64,000 bases of DNA from an uncultured delta proteobacterium (GCA_963803435.1 CAWDML010000001.1:704001-768000), one strand, 5' to 3'. Shown: positions 1-11,426, numbered from the stretch's first letter. Notes: generated by a model not told the origin, from the letters alone. A program made the numbers and translations.

Positions 1-124
1 CGATGTCACCGAGATCGATCGGACGCCACGAGCCGGCGTCGACCTCGACGTCGTAGCTCACTCGCGGCACGGAGGCGAGCGCGGTCGCAGAGGTCATCAG
101 CGTGACGAACGGAAGCCATCGCAA
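1..124 (-). CDS. 5' end of a probable secreted protein running off the left edge (partial)
   Basis: Hand translation from TTG at 124: MRWLPFVTLMTSATALA-SVPRVSYDVEVDAGSWRPIDLGDI, open to the window edge; signal-peptide-like, GC3-rich; not in the ORF track. Confidence 0.4.
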   Translation of the reverse strand, partial: MRWLPFVTLMTSATALASVPRVSYDVEVDAGSWRPIDLGDI

Positions 125-150
125 AGCGGCGGCAGTGTATCATCGCCGCC

Positions 151-753
151 ATGCGACGCCTCCACCCGCTCCTGCTCGCCGCGATGCTGCCGGCATGCGC
201 CGGATCCAGCCCGCCGCCCTCGAACACGGTGACCCGCACTGACGAGAGCCTCGATCTGTCCGGCGAATGGAACGACGTCGACGCGGATCAGGTGGCCGCA
301 GCGATGATCGACGAGTGCATGAAGAGCCCCTGGGCCGAGACCTGGGCCCAGGCCCACGGACACAAGCCGGTGGTGCGCTTGCACCCGGTCCGCAACAAGA
401 CGGACGGCTACATCGACTATCGCTACTTCACGAAGCAGCTCGAAGCGGCGCTCCTCAACTCGGGCCGGGTCGACGTGGTCAGCTCGATGGAGGAGGCCGG
501 CGCAGCCCGGGAGGAGCGCGAAGATCAGGCCGTCCACGCCAGCGACGAGACCGCCAAGTCGGAGCAGAACGAGACCGGCAGCGACTTCATCCTGACCGGG
601 TGGATCCTGAGCCAGAACGACCACGACCAGCGCCGGGAGGTGAAGAGCTATCTGACCTCGCTCGAGCTGGTGGAGACGGAGACCCAGAAGAAAGCCTGGG
701 TCGGACAGAAACGGATCAAGAAGTTGATCCAGAAGAACGAGGAACAACAATGA
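151..753 (+). CDS. LpoB-like (penicillin-binding protein activator) lipoprotein
   Basis: Lipobox LPAC; DLSGEWNDVD, KPVV..VRNKT..YID..FT..LE.AL.NSG pattern typical of the LpoB/CsgG-like family. Confidence 0.75.
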   Translation: MRRLHPLLLAAMLPACAGSSPPPSNTVTRTDESLDLSGEWNDVDADQVAAAMIDECMKSPWAETWAQAHGHKPVVRLHPVRNKTDGYIDYRYFTKQLEAALLNSGRVDVVSSMEEAGAAREEREDQAVHASDETAKSEQNETGSDFILTGWILSQNDHDQRREVKSYLTSLELVETETQKKAWVGQKRIKKLIQKNEEQQ

Positions 754-1529
754 AGCTGATCACCTTTGCCGCTCTGGCGCTGATGCTCTCCTCCGCGTGC
801 TCGACGCTCTCCGTGAACAAGGCGGAGCTCGCGAACGTGAAGTCGGCCGCGCTCGTCGGCTTCGGCGCGGACATCTCGGCGCTGCAGCCGAGAGACGAGG
901 GCAGCAACCGAGGCGTGATGGGGACCATCAACGCGGTCAACAAGATCCGCAAGATGTCGGACGGGCGCAGCTTCGAAGAGCGGCATGCGCAGGCCGACGG
1001 ATCGTACCGCTTGTTCGTGGAGCGGCTCGCCAAGGACCTGGGCTGGAAGGTCCTGTCCGCGACCGAGACCTCGTCGAACGCCGAGTACACGACCGAGTAT
1101 CAGAACCGGACCGCGAAGAAGTGGATGGCGAGCACGACGGAGGCGCTGGGATCGAAGCTCTACGTCAAGGGCATCATGTGGGATCAGGATGCCCAGCGCC
1201 TGTCCGCCGAGGATCGGGCCCGCCTGATGGAGGCGCTCGGGGTCGACGCGATCGCGATCGCGACCGTCGAGCTGAAGGTCGGCAAGACCACCGGCTTTGG
1301 GCGCTACACGCGCTACCCCGCCGCCGTCATCAAGCTGGCGGTCTACGATCGCAGCCACCCGGATCCGATCTGGAGCGACCGTTACGCTCCGGGCGACAGC
1401 GCCAGTCAGGGGATCACCGAGACGATGGGCTTCGCCAGCACGGCCGACGCCACGCCCATCGTCCTCGAGGCCGTCCAGCTGGGCCTGGACGCCCTGATGC
1501 AGCGTTACCGCGAAGCTGAGGGGGGATAA
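750..1529 (+). CDS. Hypothetical lipoprotein
   Basis: True start ATG 750 overlaps the upstream stop (ATGA); signal MKLITFAALALMLSSAC with lipobox. Confidence 0.75.
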   Translation: MKLITFAALALMLSSACSTLSVNKAELANVKSAALVGFGADISALQPRDEGSNRGVMGTINAVNKIRKMSDGRSFEERHAQADGSYRLFVERLAKDLGWKVLSATETSSNAEYTTEYQNRTAKKWMASTTEALGSKLYVKGIMWDQDAQRLSAEDRARLMEALGVDAIAIATVELKVGKTTGFGRYTRYPAAVIKLAVYDRSHPDPIWSDRYAPGDSASQGITETMGFASTADATPIVLEAVQLGLDALMQRYREAEGG

Positions 1530-1588
1530 TTCCACACATTCGGATGAAGATCTGAGGTCGCGCGTCGTGTGCGGCCGATAACACGTCA

Positions 1589-4500
1589 GTGCGGGTTCAG
1601 GCGCGGCGCAGTTTCATTGATGCCCCGCAGGTTACAGCTGAGACCGCCCGCCCGCGCTTCGATCGCCCGCCCCTCTTCTCGCGCGCGCCCGGGCCGCCGA
1701 TCGAGCTCCCCGCCCTCCTTCGCCCGATCGTCGGCCGCGATCTGCCCAAACGCATCTTCCAGGAGGTCCTCCGCAAGCGCGCCGTCCCGCTCTTGAAGCG
1801 CTTGGTGGCCGCGCAGGCCGAGCTCCGCGGGGAGCGGGCCGACCGCGCGCGGGAGCGAAGCCGCGCGTTGCTGGAGTCGATCCGCACCTTCGACCTCCGC
1901 GTGCTCGAGAAGCCCGACCTCTTCTTCGATCGCGTCGTCGAGATGAGCAAGGCGCTCGACGGCATCATCGACGACGCCGATTACGCGGTCTTCGGACAGA
2001 TCGGTCTCCTCCACCAGCTGAGGGCGCTCAACGTGGGGCTCCGCAGCTCCCGGGGTCTCTGGCACACGGTCCGGATGGGGAGCGCCATGCGCGACCCCGA
2101 GCTCCAGCGCCAGGCGCTCGCGCTCGGTGGAGATGCCCAGTCCGTGCTCGATCGAGGCTGGCGCGGCGGTGACATCACGGACGACCTCGCCCGCCTCGAA
2201 CAGCGCTTCGGCGACTTCAAGACGAACCTCGACGAGGAGATGGGCCGCGACTCCGGCCTGTCGCCTGCGTTCACCGGGCTCCGCGTCAGCCGGCGCGCCT
2301 GGACGTACCGCCTGATGCTGGAGCGCGCCATCGCCAAGGAGCAGGGCCGGCCCGAGGCGCAGCTGTCGAACCGGGAGCTCTGCGAGTGGGTGCGTGTCCA
2401 CGGTGTGCCGCACGAGGTGATCGCCGAGATCTACGCCACCGACATTCTCCCCATCCTGCGATCGATCGAGGAGGACCCGACGCGCAACGCGCACGCCGAG
2501 GCGATGCGGACCAAGGCGCGTGCGCTGGCGGACATGATCGAGCAAGCGGATCCCGAGACGTTGCGGACCGCGGATCAGATCGAAGCCTTCACGATCGAGA
2601 TCGGACGGGCGCTCGAAGAGATCCTCATCGAGGCCGAGCAGGTGACCCAGCCCGCCGACGGGATCGTCCGCCGCCTTCGGGAGTCACGGTCGGCCGCGGA
2701 GGCGGTGCGCGTCCTCTTGCTCGGGCTCCGCGTCAACGAGACCGTGCACAACGAAGGCTTCGTCGCCCGCGCCCGCAGCCTGCTCGACGAGGTGCAGGCG
2801 GTCGCCAACGCGAAGGGCGACGCCGATCGGCGGCTCGGCGACCTCGAGCGCCACCTGATCGAGCTCGGCGACGAGGCGAAGGCCCTCCTGCACGTGGAGC
2901 GGCTCCCGGCCCTGGACCAGAGCCTCTCGGTCCTCCGCGCCGTGCGCAAGGCGGTCCGGCTCCGCGACGCCGCCGGCCTGGCGCTGAACCCCGCAGTCCG
3001 AGAGGCGGCGGATGCCTTCGGCGATCTGGAGATGAGCGCGGAGCGGCGGCGCGAGATCTATGACCGCGCGCTCGGCGAGCCGCTCCTCGAGACGGTGGTG
3101 GGCCTCCTGCTGGCGATGCGTGAGGTCGAATCTCGGGTTCACCTTCGCCGACCTCGGTCGTGGACTGGAGAGGTTCCTCCGCGCGGGCGGCGACGGTGAT
3201 CTCAACCCGGTCATCGCCCGCTCTCCCCTCGCCTTCATGGCGCGCGCCGACTTCGCCGACGCCTTCCAGAAGATCGACACGTTCCTCGAGAACGCCGGAA
3301 CACCGGAGCGCAAGGAGGCGATCGACGCGAGCCTCAACGTCGTTCGTGCGGTGGCCAAGGTCGAGGAGGACGCGCTCGGCAACATCGCGGCGCGGATCCC
3401 GGAGGGCGAAGGGATCATGGTCGGTGTCGCCACCGTCGAGTGGGTGGTGAGCTCGATGCAGGTGCTCCTCCAATGGACGGCGCGGGAGCTCGCCGAACCC
3501 TCGGGAGTCGCGACCGCGGACTTCCTCGATCTGATGGTGCAGGCGACCGAGGACCACCTCGACTCGCTGATGGGGCGTGACCCGCGCGAGGTCGCCGCCG
3601 AGGACATCCGCACGCTGCGGGTGGACCTCCGGACCCACGCGAGCGCCGGCGCCGCCCGGATCGGCCTGAGTCGCGTCCCGGAGGCGGCCCAGAGGCTCGC
3701 GACCCACAAGCCCCAAGGCGACGACGCCCGCCGGCTGGCCGCGATCAACGAGACGCTGCTGGAGCGACTGAAGTCGGTCGAGACCACCGCCTCCTCCCGC
3801 GCAGCCATGCAGCACGTCCTGGGCGACATGCGGGCAACGCTCCGGACCGTCGTCAATCTGGTTCACCTCTTCGGCGCGGCCAGCAACGACCTCATGGACG
3901 AGGACGAGCGCGTGCATGCGATCCAGGGCTCGATCGAGCGCATGGGCCCGCTGTTCGTGAAGCTGATGCAGACGCTCGCGAACATGCAGAGCCTGCTGGC
4001 GAAGATCTCTCCGGACGACAACAAAACCGAGGAGCCGGACGCTCCTGCGGCGGAGGGAGCCGAGAAGAACGACGCCCTGTTCACCGGCCTGAAGCGGCTC
4101 CAGGACGAGGTGACACCGCTCCCCTGGCCGTACATCGAGGACCAGATCCGGAGCTCTCTCGAGCTGAGCGCCGACGCGCCCCTGGTCGAAGCGGACGGCA
4201 CGCGCGCTCCGTTCGTCTCGATCGACACCGAGCCGCTCAAGAGCGGATCCATCGGCCAGACGCACCGGGCGAAGATCCGGGTCGATCGCGAGGGGGGAGA
4301 AGAGATCGTCGACGTCGTCGTCAAGGTGCTCCGGCCCGACATCGACAAGACCTTCGAGGACACCATCCGGATCACGCGGCTGACGATCCTGATCTTCAAG
4401 GAGCTCCTCCGTCTCGACGCAAACGGCGCCATCTTCCGCGAGGTCAAGGATCAGGCGGAGCGGATCATCTCCATGCTCGAGCGCGCGCTGGAAGGGTTCA

Positions 4501-5939
4501 TCGAGACGTTCCGCGTCGAGACCGACTTCGTGCAGGAGGCCGAGAACATCCGCCGCTTCCGGGTGACGCTGGCGCCCGACCGAAACATCGTGGTGCCCGA
4601 GGTCTTCGACTCGCACAGCCGCGGCAACATCCTCACGATGGAGGAGATCAAGGGCTTCAAGCTCACGCGCTGGCTCGAGCGCCATCGCTTCGCGGAGGCC
4701 AGCGAGACCCTGGCCGAGCAGCGGGGCGCGCTCCCGGCGCAGCATCGGGGAGCCGAGGCGCTGCGGCGGGCGGAGGCCTGGATCGAGCAGACCTACCGGG
4801 GCACCCCGATCGAGTCGAGCCTCGAGGTCCGGGGTCGCCTCGCCTCCACGGTCCGCGTGCGGTTCGTCGACTCGGCCTCTCGCGTGGTCGAGCGCTGCCT
4901 GGAGGTCCGGTCGAAGGACGGCCGGATCCGCCCCTCGGACGGCGCCCCCATCCCGCGGTCGGGAGCCGTCAACAAGTCGGAGGTCTGGGGCCGTCGAGCC
5001 TTCGGCCTCCCGGTCCGCGCCTCGACGGTGGAGCGGGTCGATACGTCACGCCCGCTGTTCGGAGAGGGTGACGGCTACCTGATCCACCTCGACTTCGAGT
5101 CGCCGCACGCGGAGAGCGCGACGGTCTTCGTCGATCGCAAGACCGGGGACCTCGAGCCGAGGACCAAGGTCCCCGACCTCACGCTGCGCGGCATGGAGGG
5201 CCTGCGCGATCGACTGGCCACCACCTTCGGCGTTCAGCTGGCCCGCGGCCTGCTCCACGGCGATCCCCACGAAGGCAACTTCTTCGTGCTCCCCGACGGC
5301 AAGACGGTCGGCCTGGTCGACTTCGGGCTCGCCATCGAGCTCGGAATGTTCGACGCGGGCGGTCCGCTGAAGCTTCTCTCGGGCGCTTTCCTCGGCCGTC
5401 CGGAGGCGATGGCGGAGGCGATCCTCAGCATGTCGACACAGGCGGACCTCCCGCCCGGCGAAGAGCGCGACACGATCCTCGAAAGCCTCACCGCCGAGTA
5501 CGAGCGCATCCTCGAGGTGGCCGACGCCGAGACCAAGGCCAAGAAGCGCGACCTCGCCAAGAAGCCGTTCTTCCAGCGCCTCAAGGCCACCGGCCTGCTC
5601 CGCTTCAGCCGCACGATCGAGGTGTCGCGCCGCGCGCTCGAGCACATCCTCCGCACCGGCGCGCTCGCGCCCTCCCCGAAGAGCCTCCAGGCGCTCAAGG
5701 CCACCTTCTCGATGGGCGGCAACCTCGCCGAGATCGAGAAGACCGGGGTCAAGACGCCGCTCTGGAGACGCGCCGCGCGTTTCTTCAAGGAGATCACGCT
5801 CCAGACGGCGCTCCGTCCCTTCATTCGGAGGCCCAGACCAGCTCCGGGGTCGCCGGCCGTCGAGCTCCCGCGACTCGGGCCATCGCGGCCCTGGGTCCGC
5901 GATCGGCTCGAGGACGTCCGGCAGCCCAACGCACCGTGA
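1589..5939 (+). pseudogene. Large ABC1/AarF/UbiB-family atypical kinase split by a +1 frameshift at ~3125 (ORFs 1589-3199 and 3060-5939)
   Basis: C-terminal part has MGPLFVKLMQ, LQDEV, SGSIGQTHRA, VVVKVLRP, ETDFVQEAEN, LTMEEIKG, LHGDPHEGN, LVDFG; removing one G at 3124/3125 fuses the two ORFs seamlessly (LLAMRE-SNLGFTFADLG). Confidence 0.7.
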
Positions 5940-5960
5940 GCCGTGTTGTCGAGCCGAGCC

Positions 5961-7976
5961 TCATCGCGCGCGTCCCAGAGCATCGATGGTTCCCCATGAG
6001 CCGTGGATGTCGAGGAGCTCGATGCGCTCGAGCTCCGCAGGGAGAGCTGGGTCCACGATCAGGTGCGCGCCGCTCGGCTCGAGGCCGAGCAGCGTCCTGA
6101 GGAAGAGAAGGGGCGCTCCGCTCGCCCATGCCTGCGGGCTGCAGGCGGTCGGGTACTCGACCGGGTACTTCGTCGCCTCGCGCTCGTAACCTCCGAACGC
6201 CTCTGGAAGCCGCTCGTGAAAGAGCTCGGCCGCCCGCAGAAGGGCGATCGCGATGCGCGCGCTCTCGGCTCGGTACCCGTACCGGCGTAGGCCCAACGCG
6301 ATGAACGAGTTGTCGTGCGGCCAGACGGTGCCGACATGGTACCCGATCGGATTGTAGGATCCTTCGCTCGAGGCCATCGTTCGCACTCCCCAGCCGGAGA
6401 ACAGTGCGTCGCTCATGAGATGCCGAACGCAGCTCGCCGCGTGGTCCTCATCCGCGATGCCGCTCCACAGCAGGTGACCGATGTTGGAGGTGAGTGAATC
6501 GACCTTGCGCTTCTGGCCGTCCAAGGCGAGCGCGAAGAAGCCACGCTCCGGGAGCCAGAAGTCCTGATTGAAACGGGTCTTCAACGCCTCGGCGTCACGG
6601 TCGAGCGCCGCCGCCCAGGTCGGATCGCCCCAAACTTCGCGCGCCAACCGCGCCGCTCTTCGCTTGGCATCGTACGCGTACCCCTGCAGCTCACAGGTGG
6701 CGCGCGGAGTGGGCGCGATCGTCCCGTCGGCGAACACGATCGAATCCCACGAGTCCTTCCAGCATTGGTTGTCCAGCCCGGTCTTCTCGTTGCGGCGCTC
6801 ATACTCGATGTAACCGTCGCCGTCGCGATCACCGTAGCGATCGATCCACTGCACCGCCGCCCGCGCTTCCCGCTCGAGCGAACGAACCAGCTCTCGATCG
6901 CCGGTCCAGCGCTCGTATTCGTCGAGAAGGATCAGGAAGAGCGGCGTTGAGTCCGCGGCTCCGTAATAGGGAGAGTGGGGACGCTCCTCGAACGCGGTCA
7001 TCTCTCCCAGACGCACTTCATGCAAGATTTTGCCGGGCTCTTCGTCGCGGAAGGGATCATCCGAGAGACCTTGAAACAACGCCAGGGTGCGGAGCGTGGT
7101 CGACGCGAGCTCCGGGAGGAAGGGGAGCGCCTGGAAGCTCGTCAGCAGGCTGTCGCGCCCGAAGACCGCCATGAACCACGGGAGGCCCGCCGCAGGGAGC
7201 GCTCCGGGGAACACGCGCGTTCGGAAGCGCAAGGCGGCGAGGTCGACGAGACTCTTCCGATAGATGAGCTCGAGAGGTGCCCAGGAGCTCACCAGCTTCG
7301 GAGCGTCCGCGATCCACTGCTCCGGGTCTTGACCGTTCGTGGGCTTCTCGCCGGCCGCGTGCTCCGGCTGCGGGCGGTCACCTTCGCCGGGTATCCGGGC
7401 ATCGACCTCGAGGGCGGCCGTCCACCCCGCATGAGGCTCGAGCCGCACCCTGAAGAGGAGGCCGTCCTCTCGCAGCTCCGAAGGGGGCGTGGTCGAGATG
7501 CGCGTCTCGCGGACGAACCTGGCGCGCTGATATCCGAGCGTGAGATGGCCGTCGTCCACGCGCCGGTAGAAGCTGCCCGTCTTGGGGAGCTTGTCCTTTA
7601 CTTCGAAGAGATCGGCGAAGTCCGAGTCGGCCTCGACGCGAACCTCCAGATCCATGGGCTCGTGCCCATGATTGAGGAGGGTCAGGTCCTCGTGGAAACC
7701 GTCACCGACGGCGCGCTTTCGGATCACGGAGAGCTTGGAGTCGACGTACACGGTGCCGGTGGACACCGCGGCGAAGAACTGATTGCGGAAGTAGTCCAGG
7801 TCATCGACGGTCAGCACCTTCGGTCGAACACCGTTGATCGTCAGGATCCACCGCGAGAGAAACCGCGTATCGTTGACGAACAACCCGTGCTCGGTCGTGG
7901 GCGTCGATTCGATGTCCCCGTGACGATCGCTCACCACGAACTTGTTTCCATCCAGGATACTGATGGTCTCAGGCAT
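5961..7976 (-). CDS. Amylo-alpha-1,6-glucosidase / glycogen debranching enzyme family protein
   Basis: N-terminal DTRFLSRW domain; AAGLPWFMAVFGRDS, EEPGKILHE, YYGAADST, QCWKDSWD, YHVGTVWPHDN, ACSPQAWAS. Confidence 0.9.
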   Translation of the reverse strand: MPETISILDGNKFVVSDRHGDIESTPTTEHGLFVNDTRFLSRWILTINGVRPKVLTVDDLDYFRNQFFAAVSTGTVYVDSKLSVIRKRAVGDGFHEDLTLLNHGHEPMDLEVRVEADSDFADLFEVKDKLPKTGSFYRRVDDGHLTLGYQRARFVRETRISTTPPSELREDGLLFRVRLEPHAGWTAALEVDARIPGEGDRPQPEHAAGEKPTNGQDPEQWIADAPKLVSSWAPLELIYRKSLVDLAALRFRTRVFPGALPAAGLPWFMAVFGRDSLLTSFQALPFLPELASTTLRTLALFQGLSDDPFRDEEPGKILHEVRLGEMTAFEERPHSPYYGAADSTPLFLILLDEYERWTGDRELVRSLEREARAAVQWIDRYGDRDGDGYIEYERRNEKTGLDNQCWKDSWDSIVFADGTIAPTPRATCELQGYAYDAKRRAARLAREVWGDPTWAAALDRDAEALKTRFNQDFWLPERGFFALALDGQKRKVDSLTSNIGHLLWSGIADEDHAASCVRHLMSDALFSGWGVRTMASSEGSYNPIGYHVGTVWPHDNSFIALGLRRYGYRAESARIAIALLRAAELFHERLPEAFGGYEREATKYPVEYPTACSPQAWASGAPLLFLRTLLGLEPSGAHLIVDPALPAELERIELLDIHGSWGTIDALGRAR

Positions 7977-7979
7977 GGC

Positions 7980-8336
7980 TCAGCCTTCCTTTGTCTTTCG
8001 AGCGGCGAACGGAGAGGTACCGTGCAGCTCGCGGATGACCTTGATCGCGAAGGCCCGATCCCCCTCCAGCTCGAGCCGATTCTGCAGGGCCGCCACGACC
8101 GGATTCAGCTGTCCCTGGCCGATCGCCACCATGGTCTCGACAGAGTCGCAGATCGCGACCGCATCGCTTTCTCCCGCTCCGAGACGGAATATGACCTCCC
8201 CGTCCTCGACCTCGATGGCTCCGCAAGCATCGCCGTCGACGTGCAAGCTCAGGCGGCCCGAAATCCCGCTCAACCCGGGGATACGACCGCGAGCCCCGTC
8301 GGGAGGAAGCTTGGTCTTCACATTGGGTCCGATCAT
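7980..8336 (-). CDS. SCP2 sterol-binding domain protein
   Basis: Likely start ATG 8336; C-terminal GQLNPVVAALQNRLELEGD matches the SCP2 pattern; 3 nt upstream of the debranching gene. Confidence 0.7.
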   Translation of the reverse strand: MIGPNVKTKLPPDGARGRIPGLSGISGRLSLHVDGDACGAIEVEDGEVIFRLGAGESDAVAICDSVETMVAIGQGQLNPVVAALQNRLELEGDRAFAIKVIRELHGTSPFAARKTKEG

Positions 8337-8802
8337 GCCGGTGATAGTGCAACGGGTAGGCCCACCCGGGAGGACCCGGCGGCCGACGGCCGCCGCGACG
8401 AAGCTCATCAACGCGACGTTTGAGCTCCCACATTCGGACTGCGCAGCGCGCGAAGCGCGCATTCGGCCGCCGGCAGCGCAGGCACCGATACACGTCTTGC
8501 GGTTTCGCTGAAGGGCTGGCGCGAGCCAACCCACCGCGGCCGTGCGGGCTGGGTACGACCGCCGCGAGAGCACGGGGCTTCGTTGCGTCGGGGAGAGAAG
8601 GAATGGGCTCGGTCAGCTCACCGTGATCCGATTGCAACCTGCAACTTCACCCTCGTCCTATCCCCCTGCTTGGTACACGACATGCTCGAGGAAAGGCGCG
8701 AGCGAAAGAGAGGAGGCGCAGTGCATTCGACGACGACTGACCAGCATGAGACGCCCGCTCCGTCCTCGAGTGCCTCCTTTGAACAGCCCGGGGCAAAGTG
8801 AC

Positions 8803-10392
8803 GTGGGCGACCGGGATACGAACGAGCGAGCGATCTCCAGGACGACTCGGCGCCCCGTCCTCGGGGCATCACGAATCGGCCTGCTGCTGGCCTTCTGCGG
8901 GTGCGCGGTGGGTCCAGACTACCGGCATCCGGAAGTCGCCGTCGCCCAGCAATGGCAAGCGCAAGACGATCCGCGGATCGACACACGGAGCGCCGTGGAC
9001 AGCGAGTGGTGGAGAGGCTTCAACGACGCCGCGCTGAGCCGCCTCATCGAGCTCGCCTATCAACAGAACCTGCCGCTGCAGATCACCGCCCTGCGGATTC
9101 TGGAGGCGCGCGCGAAGCTGAACGTGGCCTGGGGACAGATCTTTCCCCAGGTGCAGGTCGCCCTCGGTCAGGTGAACGTGCAGCGACTCAGCAAGAACGC
9201 CCCCAACACGGGACAGCTCGACCGCAGCTTCGTCGACTATCAGCTGGGGTTCGACGTGGCCTGGGAGCTCGACCTTTGGGGCAAATACAGACGGGGTATC
9301 GAGGCCGAAGAGGCCACCGTGCGGGCGTCCGAGTACGACTACTACGGCGGCATCGTCTCCCTCACTGCAGAAGCTGCTCGAACGTACACCGCGATTCGGA
9401 CGTTCGAGGTGCTGATCGAGCTGGCCGAGACGAACGCCAGAGTCCAGGAAGAGGCGCTGAAGATCGCGGAGGCTCGCTTCCAGAATGGTGCGACCTCCGA
9501 GCTCGACGTCTCGCAGGCGACGACGCTGTTGGAGAGCACCCGCGCGTCCATCCCCGATCTGCGGACCGGTCTGGAGCAGGCCAGGAACGCCTTGAGCACG
9601 CTCCTCGGACAACCCCCGGGCAATCTCGACGCGCTGCTGGTCGGGCCCAAGTTGATTCCGACGGTGACCGCGACCGTCGCGGTCGGCGTGCCGACCGACT
9701 TGCTCCGGCGGCGTCCCGACGTCCGCAGCGCCGAGCAGCTCGCGGCCGCCCAGTGCGCTCGAGTCGGCGTCGCCAAAGCGGAGCTCTATCCGACGTTTTC
9801 GTTGTTCGGAACGATCGGGTTCGAGGCGAGCACCGGCGCCGGCCCCTTCCTCGAAGACGTCGGTGACAGCCTATTCTATTCGGTGGGCCCCAGGATCGTC
9901 TGGCCGTTATTCAACTACGGCCGCATCACGAACAACGTTCGCATCGAGGACGCGCGCTTTCAGCAGCTGCTGGTGAGCTACCAGAACACCGTGCTGCAGG
10001 CGGCCCAAGAGGCGGAGGACGCGATGGCCGGCTTTCTCAACGCCCAGCACGCCCTGACGTTCGAACGACAATCCGTCGAGGCTGCCAAGCGATCGGTGGA
10101 GATCGCCCTCGCGGCGTATCGGGAAGGCGAGGTGGACTTCCAGCGCGTGCTCGATGCGCAGCGCGCGCTCCTGGAGCAGCAGAATCGCCTGGCCGAGACG
10201 ACCTCATCGGTCACCACGAGCCTCATCGCCCTGTACAAGGCGCTCGGCGGCGGATGGAAGTCGCGCCAGGGCGAGTCTGCCGTGCGCGAACGGACGCAGG
10301 CCGAGATGAGGGAGCGCACCAGCTGGGGCGATTCTGATCTCCGAGCCACCCGACACTCAGACGTCCCAGGCGCGCTAGGGAGGCAGCCGTGA
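8803..10392 (+). CDS. Outer-membrane efflux lipoprotein, NodT/TolC family (start uncertain)
   Basis: Lipobox FCGCAVGPDY, WWRGFND, WELDLWGK, LLRRRPDVRSAE, LYKALGGGW; the track ORF starts at 8542 but its N-terminus looks non-coding. Confidence 0.9.
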   Translation: MGDRDTNERAISRTTRRPVLGASRIGLLLAFCGCAVGPDYRHPEVAVAQQWQAQDDPRIDTRSAVDSEWWRGFNDAALSRLIELAYQQNLPLQITALRILEARAKLNVAWGQIFPQVQVALGQVNVQRLSKNAPNTGQLDRSFVDYQLGFDVAWELDLWGKYRRGIEAEEATVRASEYDYYGGIVSLTAEAARTYTAIRTFEVLIELAETNARVQEEALKIAEARFQNGATSELDVSQATTLLESTRASIPDLRTGLEQARNALSTLLGQPPGNLDALLVGPKLIPTVTATVAVGVPTDLLRRRPDVRSAEQLAAAQCARVGVAKAELYPTFSLFGTIGFEASTGAGPFLEDVGDSLFYSVGPRIVWPLFNYGRITNNVRIEDARFQQLLVSYQNTVLQAAQEAEDAMAGFLNAQHALTFERQSVEAAKRSVEIALAAYREGEVDFQRVLDAQRALLEQQNRLAETTSSVTTSLIALYKALGGGWKSRQGESAVRERTQAEMRERTSWGDSDLRATRHSDVPGALGRQP

Positions 10393-11423
10393 AGATCTCG
10401 AAGAAGTCAGCGCTCAAGTGGTCCGCGCTCGCGCTCGCCGTCCTGGCGGTCGGATTCCTCGCATTCCGTTACTGGAAGGGCAGACAATCGGCGCTTCCGG
10501 AGGGGATCGCTTCGGGTAACGGCCGGCTCGAGGCGAAGCTGGTGGACATCGCCTCGAAGGAGCCGCTCCGGGTCAAGGAGATCCTCGTCGACGAGGGAGC
10601 GCTCGTCCGGCCGGGTCAGGTGCTGGTCCGCATGGACACCACCACCATCGAGGCAGAGCTGTCGGAGTCCGAGGCAAAGGTGGCGGCCGCCGAGGAGCGG
10701 CTCGCGCTCGCCCGCGCCTCCATCGCCAAGCAGAAGAGCGAGATTAGGCTCGCCAAGATCGAGGTCGACCGCTCCCGAAATCTCGTCGCCGCTGCGGCAG
10801 GCTCGCAGCGCGAGCTCGACACGCGCACGGCGAAGCTCGAGACGACCCGAGCCGCCCTCGCACAGGCTGAGGCGATGCTCGAGACCAGCCAGCAGGAGAT
10901 TGAGAGCGCCAAGGCGAACGCAGCCGCGATCCAGACCCGGATCGACGACGCGACGCTCGAGTCACCCGTCACCGGGAGGGTCTTGTATCGACTGACCGAG
11001 CCGGGCGAGGTTCTCCCCGCCGGGGGCGCGGCGCTCACGGTGGTGAACCTGGAGGACGTCTACATGGAGATCTTCCTTCCCGCCGAACAAGCGGCCCGAA
11101 CGACCATCGGCGCCGAAGGGCGGATCACCCTCGACTATGATCCCGATCGCGCAATCCCCGGCGCCGTCAGCTTCGTGTCCCCTGAAGCGCAGTTCACCCC
11201 CAAGCAGGTGGAGACCAAGAGCGAACGAGAGAAGCTGATGTTCCGCGTCAAGATCCAGCTGCCCAAAGAGCTGGCTGCGCAGTTCGTCGAGCGCATCAAG
11301 ACGGGCGTGCGGGGGGTCGGATACGTCAAGTTGGTTCCGTCCGCGGTGTGGCCGGACCGACTCCAGAACCTGGTACAGCCCCCTGCCGAGAGGGTCAGCT
11401 CGCTCGATGGGCTCGGAGGGTGA
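10389..11423 (+). CDS. HlyD-family periplasmic adaptor (YhiI-like)
   Basis: N-terminal TM, SGNGRLEA, VDEG..V.PGQVL, AQFTPKQVET..ER.KLMFRVK. Confidence 0.9.
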   Translation: MKISKKSALKWSALALAVLAVGFLAFRYWKGRQSALPEGIASGNGRLEAKLVDIASKEPLRVKEILVDEGALVRPGQVLVRMDTTTIEAELSESEAKVAAAEERLALARASIAKQKSEIRLAKIEVDRSRNLVAAAAGSQRELDTRTAKLETTRAALAQAEAMLETSQQEIESAKANAAAIQTRIDDATLESPVTGRVLYRLTEPGEVLPAGGAALTVVNLEDVYMEIFLPAEQAARTTIGAEGRITLDYDPDRAIPGAVSFVSPEAQFTPKQVETKSEREKLMFRVKIQLPKELAAQFVERIKTGVRGVGYVKLVPSAVWPDRLQNLVQPPAERVSSLDGLGG

Positions 11424-11426
11424 GTC

